Positions 1 to 10,451 of a DNA stretch of 64,000 nucleotides are shown here, piece by piece. The stretch spans positions 248,001-312,000 of the forward strand of contig OW569370.1 in the NCBI GenBank assembly GCA_937625935.1, written 5' to 3'. The position numbers were made by a program, and so were the translations under genes. Position 1 is the stretch's first letter; each line of letters starts with the position of its first letter. The notes under the pieces are model-generated. The model searched no databases, had not been told where the DNA came from, and was given only the letters and a program-made list of their open reading frames with translations. The stretch is from Tetramitus jugosus. Lineage: Eukaryota; Protista; Heterolobosea.

Positions 1-2233
1 TACTTGTTAGTGTATCTTTACAATACTCCATTTGAATATACAGCGTGTGTGACTTGCCGCCCTTCTCTGGCATATGGGTCGCATTTGTATAATTTGTTTG
101 ACGAGACATTGACATGTCTTCAGAATCATCGAATGGAGAATCTCCTAACTCATCATGGTTACTACTCGCACTACCCTCTTCTAACCAAGAATTGTAATAG
201 CGAACAATATTGTGATGATGCATACGAGAGAGCAGGTTAACCTCCCGCAAAATACTTTCCTCCTCACTTCTATTACCAGATCGCATAGGTATCGTTTTTA
301 TCGCATATATTCTCTGATCAATCTTGTTCTTAGCTTTCACTACGCTACCAAAACCTCCTACTCCAAGCTGCTCAATAAAAGTAAAATCGTTTCGGTATCG
401 AGACTTTGATTTGAGTTGCTTTTCTCCCATTTTAAGAGTTGGTGGTGTCCACAAGCTAGAAAACGCTTTGCCTTTTGTTGATGCAGAAGCAATTTGTGAT
501 TTGAAGCTCTTCCTGAACTTGTGCTTTAACGTTCGCAAGTCAGACCAGTTCGTTTTATCCAAAAATCCAATCTTTTGCAGTTGATCCACTAAATCACCAT
601 ACGCATTTGAATCCTCGGGAAGACTCGATGTGGCAAAATGATACAATAGATGCGCCAATAGAACTTGATGGTCAGAAGGTACTCTAGCACTGCTGGATGT
701 AGTACTCCTTCTGGAAGGTGTGGGAATCTGACCCAATCTTTGAATAGGACTTGATCCAAATTCAATCTCGGTGTCTGATGAATCTTCTCCGGATGATTCA
801 ATATCATCAGTAAACTGCACATCAAACTTAAAATTATTTTCGTCTTGATCCATGAATTCTGCATGTGACAGTTCCTCTCCTTCACTACTCTCCTCGTCTT
901 CCGACTCAGATCCAGACGAATCATCAGCATATTTGAACATGCCTTTTTGTCTCTCGTATTTTTTATTCGTCTCTTCTTCGCTTGACGACTCTGTTTCGTC
1001 ACTTTCCTCATCCTCGCTTTCACTTTCTTCCTCAGTCTCGTCTGATTCATCTGTATCCTCGTCTTCTTCCTCCTCCTCATTAATTAGTGATGCGCCATAA
1101 TCCCAATCATCAGAATCAAGATGCTTCTTCTCGTGACTATGCAGCATATCGTCTATATCTGAATCAAGGGATTGATCACTGTCTACATTGGAACTGCGAC
1201 CGCTCCTGTCCCAACTTATATCAGCGGAGGATGCACTGAACTGTATCAATCGCTTCTTCTTTTCGTTTCTGAGCATGGCTGTCTTCAATTTCCGCTGTCG
1301 ACGCATCTCCATAATCTCCTTCTCAATCGCATCGTTGTGTTGTTTCCGCTGGTCTGCTGCCTTTTGAGTCTCGCAAGCTTGATTCATCTCTTGTATTCTC
1401 TTTCGATCTTCTCGATCCTTGATAAAGGTATCATACAACGAAGGCGTAATCTCTCTTCTGTAAAAGTGCGTATCCAAGTACTCTTGACACAGAGTGCACA
1501 AGTTATAAATCATTACCGTTCCAGCCAAGCTCGCTACATTAGTCTGGAGCAAATCGTTCAATTCCTTGGTTTGTTCACTCGATAGACCTCTTACTCTCTC
1601 AATAGACACCTTTGGAGACAAGAGTGGATAACCTTTTGAGAATTGAACAATGAGAACAACTCTTCCGGATGATGGAATCGGATCCAACTCTGCCTCATAC
1701 TCATCAAAATCCATGGCTGACGATACCATGGATGGAGAATCATCGTGTCTCAAGAGTGTAATCTTTACGCAAACCCATTCAAAATTGGCAATCTTTGAAA
1801 TGTTCGTTATCGGAACAAAACTAAACTTTGGTTTCTCCGTTCGTTTTCTCCGCTCTCCATGATTCGAATTGTGAAAAGTATCGTCGTCATTGTCTTCGTC
1901 TTCTTCATTGTCATACTCGTCGTCTTCACCTTCAAGATGACTCTCGATCGGTACCATTCGATACACTTTGCAAACATACGGTTCATATATACACTGCACT
2001 GACTCAATTTCCTCTCTAATTTCTTGAGTCAAGTTTCGAGATGATGTTCTCACTAATTCATGATACTGGGCTTCTCTTTTGCGCTCTTCTGGATCGTCAT
2101 CAGAGTCATTATCACTGCTGAGTTGTTGTCGATATGCTGCATTTGCCATGGCCATAGACGAGCCAGTGGGAGGTGTTGAACCAGGTGTTGTTGATGCTCT
2201 GGAATTTCTTCTCTTGTTGTGTTTTTTTGTCAT
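1..2233 (-). CDS. GCN2: GCN2-like eIF2-alpha kinase (RWD domain + kinase), 3' part runs off the window start
   Basis: Manual translation from ATG 2233 is open to position 1, so it is absent from the ORF track. It has an RWD start (EEIESVQCIYE...FSKGYPLLSP), an acidic spacer, then SRYRNDFTFIEQLGVGGFGSVVKAKNKIDQRIYAIK...LREVNLLSRMHHHNIVRYYNSW...LYIQMEYC, typical of eIF2a kinases. Confidence 0.85.
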   Translation of the reverse strand, partial: MTKKHNKRRNSRASTTPGSTPPTGSSMAMANAAYRQQLSSDNDSDDDPEERKREAQYHELVRTSSRNLTQEIREEIESVQCIYEPYVCKVYRMVPIESHLEGEDDEYDNEEDEDNDDDTFHNSNHGERRKRTEKPKFSFVPITNISKIANFEWVCVKITLLRHDDSPSMVSSAMDFDEYEAELDPIPSSGRVVLIVQFSKGYPLLSPKVSIERVRGLSSEQTKELNDLLQTNVASLAGTVMIYNLCTLCQEYLDTHFYRREITPSLYDTFIKDREDRKRIQEMNQACETQKAADQRKQHNDAIEKEIMEMRRQRKLKTAMLRNEKKKRLIQFSASSADISWDRSGRSSNVDSDQSLDSDIDDMLHSHEKKHLDSDDWDYGASLINEEEEEDEDTDESDETEEESESEDEESDETESSSEEETNKKYERQKGMFKYADDSSGSESEDEESSEGEELSHAEFMDQDENNFKFDVQFTDDIESSGEDSSDTEIEFGSSPIQRLGQIPTPSRRSTTSSSARVPSDHQVLLAHLLYHFATSSLPEDSNAYGDLVDQLQKIGFLDKTNWSDLRTLKHKFRKSFKSQIASASTKGKAFSSLWTPPTLKMGEKQLKSKSRYRNDFTFIEQLGVGGFGSVVKAKNKIDQRIYAIKTIPMRSGNRSEEESILREVNLLSRMHHHNIVRYYNSWLEEGSASSNHDELGDSPFDDSEDMSMSRQTNYTNATHMPEKGGKSHTLYIQMEYCKDTLTS

Positions 2234-2818
2234 TTTAGTTGTTGTTGTTGTTGTTATTATTTGTTTTGTTGTGTTGTTGCTGCTGGTGATGATGATAAAA
2301 AATTTTGTTTTGTCTTGTTGATAATGATGATTGAGTTTGGTTGATGAATCTTTGTACAGGTGGATATACTAGTATCGGATCTATAAAGTGTTTATAATTA
2401 AATGGATGGATTATGATTGTGATCTTATTATTATTATTGTTTGTCAATGATGACTGACGAAAAAAATAGTTGCAGTTTGTTGTTGTTGTTGTTCGAGTTG
2501 AAGAGAATTAGAATAGTAGTGTACAATGTTATTGCAATTCGTTCACATGCACGTTCAATCGACCCATTCACTTGGAAGGTATGTAGCTGGCTGTTTGCAC
2601 ACTTGGAGTACTTGAAATTTCCGAAGTGCTTTCTTTGTCGTTTGCGCCTCTCTCGCCAGCAAAATGGAAAGAAACACGAGTGAATTTCGGGCGCCAACGC
2701 CAATGGAATCTTTTTCTCCGAACATGACGTCTACAATGCTCATCATCTTGTTTTGCCCGACCAAAGCAAAAAAGAAGCAGCAATTCATAGAATTGGATAA
2801 ATCATCATATCATCATCA

Positions 2819-4951
2819 ATGGGTAACACTTTTGAGAGTGAAGCTGTGGACAACCACAACAGTGCACACATGTGGAGGACTCTGTTGACTGAACACACGC
2901 GAATCGCTTGCCACATCTTGCAGTTTCTGCCCTTTCATGAATCCTTTCGCCTCCGATCAGTCAATAACTCTCTGTTCAATCAACAGTTGCTCTCCCCTGT
3001 CAATAATGCAGTCTTTACGCACTTTGAGCTTTACAGTAACACTCTGTATTGCGATAACTTTCATGGGGAGATTATGCGGGATCTGTGCAACTATGCTCGT
3101 GACTCACTCGTGTCCTTTCGTGTTGAAACACTGGATTGGTTTCAAAAGAGTTATCAATTGATGACAGTGCCTGTTTTTAATACGATTTGTGAAGTATTTA
3201 CCAATTTGAGGACTCTTGCTCTGCCCATGTGCTCTAGAATAGGTTATCATCCGGATCATCCATCAACATCGACCTATTCATGCATTGTCAATCTTAGAAG
3301 ACTGCCAAATTTACAAATATTGGATCTGTCTGGATGCAATATTACAGATTACATGATGGGTATGATTGCACAGTGCAGGAATCTGACTGAACTCAATCTC
3401 CGAGTCAACAAATTTATCACAGACGCAGGTATTAAGGCACTGTTTCAGAACGATCAGCACAGTAACATGTTGCTCAAACAATTGAAGACACTAGACTTGA
3501 GCTATACTTCTGTGACTGATGAAATGTTCCAGTACACGTTAGATTTGCAAGTTGGAGCTTTACATAATTTAGAGCAACTCCATGTGATGAACACAAAAAT
3601 AACGAGCAGGGGCATTGAAAAGTTTTTTAGCAACCAAAGACAGTTTTTGGGTGACAAGGATGATATTGAGCTGAAATTGCAACGATTGAATCTATTTAAC
3701 TGCCCACTGCCAGATCTAGCTTTCTTAACAGGCACGAGCGTCGATCTCGAAAGTAACAAGACCAAAAAGAAGAAAGGGAGAGGATTGCGTAGAACATGGA
3801 ACCTGAAATCACTCAAAGGATTTTGCATGCATTGGAATATTTGCATTATGATGGATAATCTATCTTACATCAATCAACTCCAAAACCTTCGAGAACTCGT
3901 GATATGTGACTTGAAGAAATGGAATGCTCAACACATGGAAATGATATCCAATCTCTCAAATCTAGAAACGCTCAGTATTCGGTGCGAACGAATAGATAGA
4001 TCTCAAGTGACTCCTAAATCAAACGCAACACGGAATGCAGTTGTACAATCGACGATCAAAAACTTTCCACGACTAAAGAAGATTGATATTCACGTTTCAC
4101 AGGATGATATCATTCAACAAAAGTACCTACAGCAGTTATGCGAGATCAAAACCCTTGAATATATTCACCTACAGTCGGCAAAGAGAAGTGGTCAACTCGG
4201 CGAACTTACGAATGCAATCGAAGAAGAGCTCAGGCATCTAAGCTCGAAGGATCACTCTTGTCAAACCCTAAAATACTTGGCACTGATCGTACCGAACTAC
4301 TCTGTGTCATCTAAAGGGCTGTGCTACTTGACAAAGCTCTCATCTCTGGTCGAATTAAATGTTCGCTTCAGCAATTCTGTTCTAAGACCTGTTGATGGTG
4401 ATCATCAAGAAAACCCTGTGTGTTTACCATCCACCATTCAATCACTTTCATTGGAACAAGCATGTGAAGAAGCACATGAACAGTTATCAGCAGAAGCTAT
4501 TAGTGCACTCATATCTCCACTGAATAATCTTCAGAAGCTTGTTATTCAAAACCAGAACTGCCAATCGTCCTGTGTCACACATAGCACCAACGAACACAAC
4601 ATTGGCACAGATCGAAACTTCCTCAAAGAACTACCCAATACGTGTCCAAACTTGGTCGAACTACGGTTAGACTTGAACTGTTGTCTGTGCATGTTGGGTG
4701 ACAAAGAGATCAACTTAGATCGATCATTGCAGCACATCAAGCACTTGACCAAACTAGAAGTATTAGGGCTGAGTGGTGCTGAAGGGAAATGGACCAAAAA
4801 CACAACCATATTGCCACTGAGCAAGACACTCAAGAACTTGATTCACTTGCATTTGCCGCAATTCATCATTGACCAAATATCACAATCAACATTCCAGCGA
4901 CTGTTCCCAAACACGGTGATATTTGGTCCAAATGGACCCACTATTGAATAG
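2819..4951 (+). CDS. F-box/LRR-repeat protein
   Basis: 710 aa ORF with an F-box-like N-terminus (IACHILQFLPFHESFRLRSVN) and cysteine-containing LRRs (LPNLQILDLSGCNITD, LTELNLRVNKFITDAGI, LKTLDLSYTSVTD). Confidence 0.85.
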   Translation: MGNTFESEAVDNHNSAHMWRTLLTEHTRIACHILQFLPFHESFRLRSVNNSLFNQQLLSPVNNAVFTHFELYSNTLYCDNFHGEIMRDLCNYARDSLVSFRVETLDWFQKSYQLMTVPVFNTICEVFTNLRTLALPMCSRIGYHPDHPSTSTYSCIVNLRRLPNLQILDLSGCNITDYMMGMIAQCRNLTELNLRVNKFITDAGIKALFQNDQHSNMLLKQLKTLDLSYTSVTDEMFQYTLDLQVGALHNLEQLHVMNTKITSRGIEKFFSNQRQFLGDKDDIELKLQRLNLFNCPLPDLAFLTGTSVDLESNKTKKKKGRGLRRTWNLKSLKGFCMHWNICIMMDNLSYINQLQNLRELVICDLKKWNAQHMEMISNLSNLETLSIRCERIDRSQVTPKSNATRNAVVQSTIKNFPRLKKIDIHVSQDDIIQQKYLQQLCEIKTLEYIHLQSAKRSGQLGELTNAIEEELRHLSSKDHSCQTLKYLALIVPNYSVSSKGLCYLTKLSSLVELNVRFSNSVLRPVDGDHQENPVCLPSTIQSLSLEQACEEAHEQLSAEAISALISPLNNLQKLVIQNQNCQSSCVTHSTNEHNIGTDRNFLKELPNTCPNLVELRLDLNCCLCMLGDKEINLDRSLQHIKHLTKLEVLGLSGAEGKWTKNTTILPLSKTLKNLIHLHLPQFIIDQISQSTFQRLFPNTVIFGPNGPTIE

Positions 4952-5166
4952 CCATCAACACAGTATCTACTAATAAAGGAAGACACGAATGGATCGTCTC
5001 TTGTTTATTCATGCACGCCAATGTCATGATTGCATGGCGCACATTGAACTTGAAATTGAAAGTTCATTGGAGGTCAACCAAATTCGTTGAAGCCAACCAA
5101 ACATTGGAAAAAAAAGACAAAAGTAAAACAAAACAACTCCCCATATTGCCAAAACATACATCAAAC

Positions 5167-5583
5167 ATGTCCTCACCATACAACAAGGAAAAGACTAGCG
5201 AACTTGCTTGCGTTTATGCTGCTTTGTTGCTCCACGACGAAAAGATCCCTATTGAAGTACGTTAAATCTCACAAAATTTTATCACAAACACATCACAAAA
5301 TCATGTACTGACAAACCGCATTTTTTAGGCTGACAAGCTTAAGTCTGTTATCAGCGCTGCTGGTATCGAAGTTGAGCCATACTGGCCACCTGTCTTTGCT
5401 AAGTTCTTGAACGGAAAGAACGTTTCCGAATTGTTGGTCAACATCGGTGGATCTGCTCCAGCTGCTGCCTCAAGCGGTGCTGCTCCAGCTGCTTCTGAAG
5501 AAAGCAAGGGTGACGACAAGAAGAAGAAGGAAGAATCCGAATCTGAAGAAGAAGACGACGATGCATTCGGTGGATTGTTCTAA
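5167..5583 (+). CDS. RPLP1: 60S acidic ribosomal protein P1
   Basis: SELACVYAALLLHDE|ADKLKSVISAAGIEVEPYWPPVFAK...EESESEEEDDDAFGGLF*. One intron at 5257-5328 (GTACGT...TACTGAC...TAG). Confidence 0.95.
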
Positions 5584-5645
5584 ATTGTTAAAAACCGATT
5601 TTTTCATATTATCCTATTTGTTCTTCTTTTCCTCGGAATGAGATT

Positions 5646-8193
5646 TTATGATCCATTTTGTTTATTGATCTCTTGTGCGCTCATATTCTCATAGGGTATG
5701 AGTGACATGATCCATTTGCTTTCCTTGTCCACTACTGGTAACATTCTTTGATTCCACTCGTTGGTAATTGCATTGAATACGTCTCTCAACTGCTTCACAA
5801 TTAAATTAGAGCTGAGGATTGTTGGGGTGAGAGCGTTGAGTGTAGTATTGTCCATGACACCGACTGTTGAGGTTTGGTTGCATTTGGCACAAGAATAATG
5901 ATCCTCTCGCCTGATCATTCTCACACAGACAGCACAGTGATTGTGTCCACAGTTCCACAGTACTCGAGCAGTACTCATAATCTGATTGCAATGGGAACAT
6001 CTGAGCTTGTCTTTCATGTGATGTGACCCTCCTAGTAACTCCATGATGGGTTTTCTGAGGGATATGAGCTGGTCGAACAGTACCTTGAGTTGATCCTGTT
6101 CCGCATTAGTTGCCTTTTGAGTTTGTTTCAATGGACTCCTTGCTTCTACTTCCACTACTCTCGGTTGAGGTAGTTGACTGGTGGATGTCCATCGCCTCTC
6201 CCCAAACCTGCGAACAGAACTATGGTTCAATGGAGCTTGAATTATTGGAACAGAAGGCTCTGGTGTCGATAGGTCAAGCTCTTGTTCTTCAACTTCTGTA
6301 CTCTGTGCGGGATGCTTTTCTATTTCTACCTCCCGCAATGAATGATTAAGTTTGGACAACTCAGCTTCTAACTGCACCACTCTGTCTCGTAGCTAATTGC
6401 AATATGTAAGAATGACTAGAAACAATATCTGATTTTCGAAAGATACAAGCAACTACATACATAGTCTCCAACTTCTCTTGATTTCTTTAGTTGATCATTT
6501 AGTTCCCGGTTCATGGTCATAGTTCGAATAACAGCTCCATTCTTAAGATTTCCTTGCTCATCAAACAATTGATAGGCCTAAGTCAAAGTTAGCAATTGAA
6601 TTGCTTGAAAAGCGAGTAGTTGAGAAATGAAGTCAGGTACATACAAAGGGAATATCGGGCATCGCCTCTTTCCACTGCTCTATCATTTGTTTGACTTGTT
6701 CTTGCTTGGTATTTTGCTCTTCTTTGTATGACTGAATCGTTTGCTCATCTCGGGTACACTTTTCCAACTCTTCACTTATCTGGGTAATTTGTTTCTTGAG
6801 TTTCGAGTTTTCTAGGCGATAGGACTGCAACCCTTGTTAGTTATACGATGATTGAAAAGAACCGTAATAACTACTTACTCTATAAAACCGCTTCTCTTTG
6901 CGATACAGTTCGTAATTGGCCAGCATTTCATTCACCTTTTGATCGTAGAGTTGGTGTGCCACTGAGAATTTGGCAGAGTACATCTTTCTAAGGGAGTCTA
7001 TTTCGCTCCGATGAATCGAATATTGTTCCTTCAACTTTCCTTGAAAAATTACGGTCAACTCTCTTACTTTACTGTTCATCATGTCCACATGCTGCTTATA
7101 TGTTGGCTGAAGATTGAGATAAGATAGAATAGATCTTAGGAATAGCTCACTAACGGCAACTACTTACACCCATTATGTTATCTGAAAAATCAGAAACTGG
7201 AATAATGAAATCCATATTGTTCATCTCGGCTAGAAAGTTCGTAGAATCTATTAAATAAGCATCTGTATTCGACTCTTCATTGCTTGTAAACTCGTTGTAT
7301 TGAAAGAATCTCTCGTTCTCTACGCTATCTTCAGGCGAATCCACATCGTTTTGAGGGGATCCTGATATTTCCGGTGATGAGATATCGTCTTCATTCTTCT
7401 CAAATGTGGGCGAGGTGTATCTATGGATAGAAGCATTTGAATAGGGCACCGGACTGTCTGACATTGAAAAGCGTAGTGACTTATGAATGTGTCTCGCTCC
7501 ATTGCTAGTAGATGGTCTATCTTTTCCTCGAGATAGTATTGATCGAGGAGAAGAAACTCTATCCAAACTGTCATTATTTTTCTGTTCTGTTTGAGGAGCT
7601 AATGTTGGTACTATTGCCGATATCGAAGAATTAACTCCTTTGTGAGGAGCAAGTACAACCTGAGAATGTTCTGACTTCATCTGCGCATTCCCCGTGGCTA
7701 CAATGGGATCGTTAGTCTTAATATGAGTGATACTACCCTGAGAACGACTTAACATCCCAGGTGTACTCGACCTTGTTAATGCAGGAAACTTTGGATCGGC
7801 CGATGGAGTACCAGAAAATGCTCCTGGTTGAGCACTATTCATCGATGATCTGGAGGACACGCCAATCCTTTGAATAAATGAACCATGACGAGATAAAGTT
7901 CTTGGAGTCGATATCCTTGAATCCACATTTTGGTTTTGTTGATCTTTTCTTAAACTTAATGTGCTCTGAGGAGAGTCAACAGAGGAATCGCGATTGACTT
8001 CTGGTAGACGATTCAGAGGAAATGCAACATTAATGTCATCATTCATGGACGATGAAGTGTTAAAGGATGGAGCATATCTCTCAAATAGTTGCATTTGATC
8101 CTTGAGAAGCCACGTTTGATTCATCTTTCGATATCCTCTGTTGCGTCCATTGTTGATCCTTTGAGCACTGGAACGTGATTCATTTGAATCCAT
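5646..8193 (-). CDS. Multi-exon coiled-coil protein with C-terminal RING finger (putative E3 ligase)
   Basis: Four ORF pieces joined by predicted introns 7107-7167, 6825-6878, 6578-6644 and 6393-6460 (GTAAGT/GTATGT donors). RING motif CSHC...CGHNHCAVC...CAKC. Start codon uncertain. Confidence 0.7.
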
Positions 8194-8475
8194 TGAGCTA
8201 CTTTGTTCCAAAACTCCTTTGATATTTCTGTTTGTTAAAATGTAGCTTCATTGTGTGGCTCCAACACGAACGAGCAATCTCAGGCTGTAAATGAGCGTTT
8301 TTTCTCCGATAGTTTTCACAAGAAGAACGACGATCAGTGCTGATGGTGTGAAATTGGCCTACGGACGTCATGTTTTACTGAAAATGTATTTACATTGCTG
8401 TGCATCGATCTCTCAAACTGCTTTTTGTCGTATCCTTTCCAGGCAATTCATCCGTGCATTACTCCACACAACAAT

Positions 8476-9735
8476 TTAATCGCTATCAGAAGATTCGGAC
8501 TCGTCTTCAGATCCAGATTGTTCATCCTGTGATTGCTCATCTGCCGATTCATCATCAGACTCCTCCTCGGATGAATCAATCACATTTTGTTTTCCTTGTA
8601 TCTTTCTAGGTGTAGAAGAAGTACCAGCAGAGGAAGACGCCTTGGTGGGCTTTCCATTCTTCTCCTTATCCTGCTCAGCAGTATAGATTTGCTTCTTCTT
8701 CAAAAATTCGCTCCTCAGGCTGTTGGCCTCCTTGATAAACACTTCCTTTTCTTCCTTGTTCAAGTCTTGCCACATTTGGCCAACAATTCTATTGATTTGC
8801 TTGTGATTCAACGTTGGATTCTTCTCCTTGATTCCATCTCTGACGGATGCAGAGTAGAGATTGTAAGAGTTTGGTGGAGCCTTTGGTGCATTCGGATCCT
8901 TCTTGCTCTTTGCTCCTCTCTTCTTCTTCTTGCTGTCTTCTTCCTCCTCGGATGAGCTGCTGCTGGATGGATGATCTTCCTTGTACTGTTTCATTGCAAG
9001 CACATGTTGCTTCTTTGCGTCCTTGTATACTAGATTGTATTTGGCTCTTTCTTCTTCGGTTAATCTCTTCCACATTTTTCCAAGTTCTTGATTGATCATT
9101 GTGTTCTTCAAGTCAGGATGCTTTGCGACAACAGCTGCTCTATTCTCCTTTGCAAACTGCATGTAACCAGTGAGAGGTGTCTTTGGTGCGTTTGGATCCT
9201 TCTTCTTCTTCTTCTTCTTCTTTCCGTCGGCAGCATCGGAATCGTCTGATGAGGAAGACTCAAAATCAGGCAACGGATGACTCACTCGATATTCCTTCAT
9301 CCTCTCACGATAAGCATCATTATCATTCTTGAATTCTTCATTGTACTTTGCCTTTTCTACGGGATCTAGATCCTTCCACATTTGACCCAGCACAACACTC
9401 ACTTCCTTTACATATGTAGAGTTCAACTTTTGTTGAATTTCTTGTCTGTGTTGATCACAGAATCGAAGATAACCAGTCTTTGGTCTCTTTGGTGCATTTG
9501 GATCCTTTTTCCTTCTCTTTCTTCTCTTTTTTTCACCCTTGACAGCTCTTTTTCTCTTGGTGGGAGTTACAGCTGTCATTTCACCTGGTGGTGCCACCTT
9601 TTTGATGCTGCTGCTGCTGGTAGTGGTAATTTCATCGTCTGAAGAGCTATGAGAGTCATCGTCCTCATCGTCTTCTTCTTCAGAATCATCAGAGGTCAAT
9701 GGTTTCTGCTCCAACTTTGTTAATTTGCTACTCAT
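8476..9735 (-). CDS. Protein with three HMG boxes
   Basis: Three KKDPNAPK(R/T/A)P-x-(T/N)-(G/S)Y...W(K/Q)xL...Y/F HMG boxes separated by Ser/acidic plus Lys-rich linkers; acidic tail. Confidence 0.92.
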   Translation of the reverse strand: MSSKLTKLEQKPLTSDDSEEEDDEDDDSHSSSDDEITTTSSSSIKKVAPPGEMTAVTPTKRKRAVKGEKKRRKRRKKDPNAPKRPKTGYLRFCDQHRQEIQQKLNSTYVKEVSVVLGQMWKDLDPVEKAKYNEEFKNDNDAYRERMKEYRVSHPLPDFESSSSDDSDAADGKKKKKKKKDPNAPKTPLTGYMQFAKENRAAVVAKHPDLKNTMINQELGKMWKRLTEEERAKYNLVYKDAKKQHVLAMKQYKEDHPSSSSSSEEEEDSKKKKRGAKSKKDPNAPKAPPNSYNLYSASVRDGIKEKNPTLNHKQINRIVGQMWQDLNKEEKEVFIKEANSLRSEFLKKKQIYTAEQDKEKNGKPTKASSSAGTSSTPRKIQGKQNVIDSSEEESDDESADEQSQDEQSGSEDESESSDSD

Positions 9736-10451
9736 GATTTTGTTGTATATAGGTTGTTGATGGTGTTTTTAGGTAGGAAGGTAGGAGATGAGATTGATTG
9801 TTATTCTTTTTTTTCTTGGAAAAGAGGATTGATTGTTGATGTACGTGTGTTGGTGGTACCGTTTTTTTTGATGGTTTATGCGAAGGAATATTAACCAACA
9901 CACATCGTGCATATTGTTGTTGAAAGAGATGCAGTGGTTGGGAACTGAAAGCTGAGAGAGTCATTGGTGTGAAACTTCTACGACTCTCAATCATCAGATC
10001 GTTCACTAGAGATGTGGTGTGAAGAGAGATAGGTCATTGTGTGAGTCATTGGACAGAATGACCTTGTTGCTATATGTCCAGTCAACATGTACATGGGGTC
10101 AAACTCTTATGCGCAAGCTATTGTAATGCTACTATGCTTCCTATTAATATCGGCTAAAGTGATGCGCTGTTGGTCGTGAGGGGTATGGACCCTGCATCGC
10201 CAACCAGTATCGCATCACATGCGGCAACAACGAATTAGACACAAAAAACCACCACGAAAAATCACCCTCAGGCACTATGGACTACGCGAGTTCATTTTTT
10301 GAGTCGGTTTAGGTTTTGCTTACAATTTCATTCAACCAAGTTTTGCATCTGTGCATTCTCCGATCATTCCAAAAAGAAAGAAGAAATTTTGATCTGAAGC
10401 TCAGACGCCACAGCACTGCCCATACCGAGTAATATATTATTTGATTTGAGA

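Noticed and set aside
589-2788. Numerous short ORFs from the track overlapping real genes, here and throughout the window
   Set aside because: They are antisense or alternate-frame shadows of low-complexity coding sequence, mostly with non-ATG starts and no motifs.
5016-5096. Three short hairpins upstream of RPLP1
   Set aside because: Stems of 5-7 bp are expected by chance, and there are no snoRNA boxes in the right positions.
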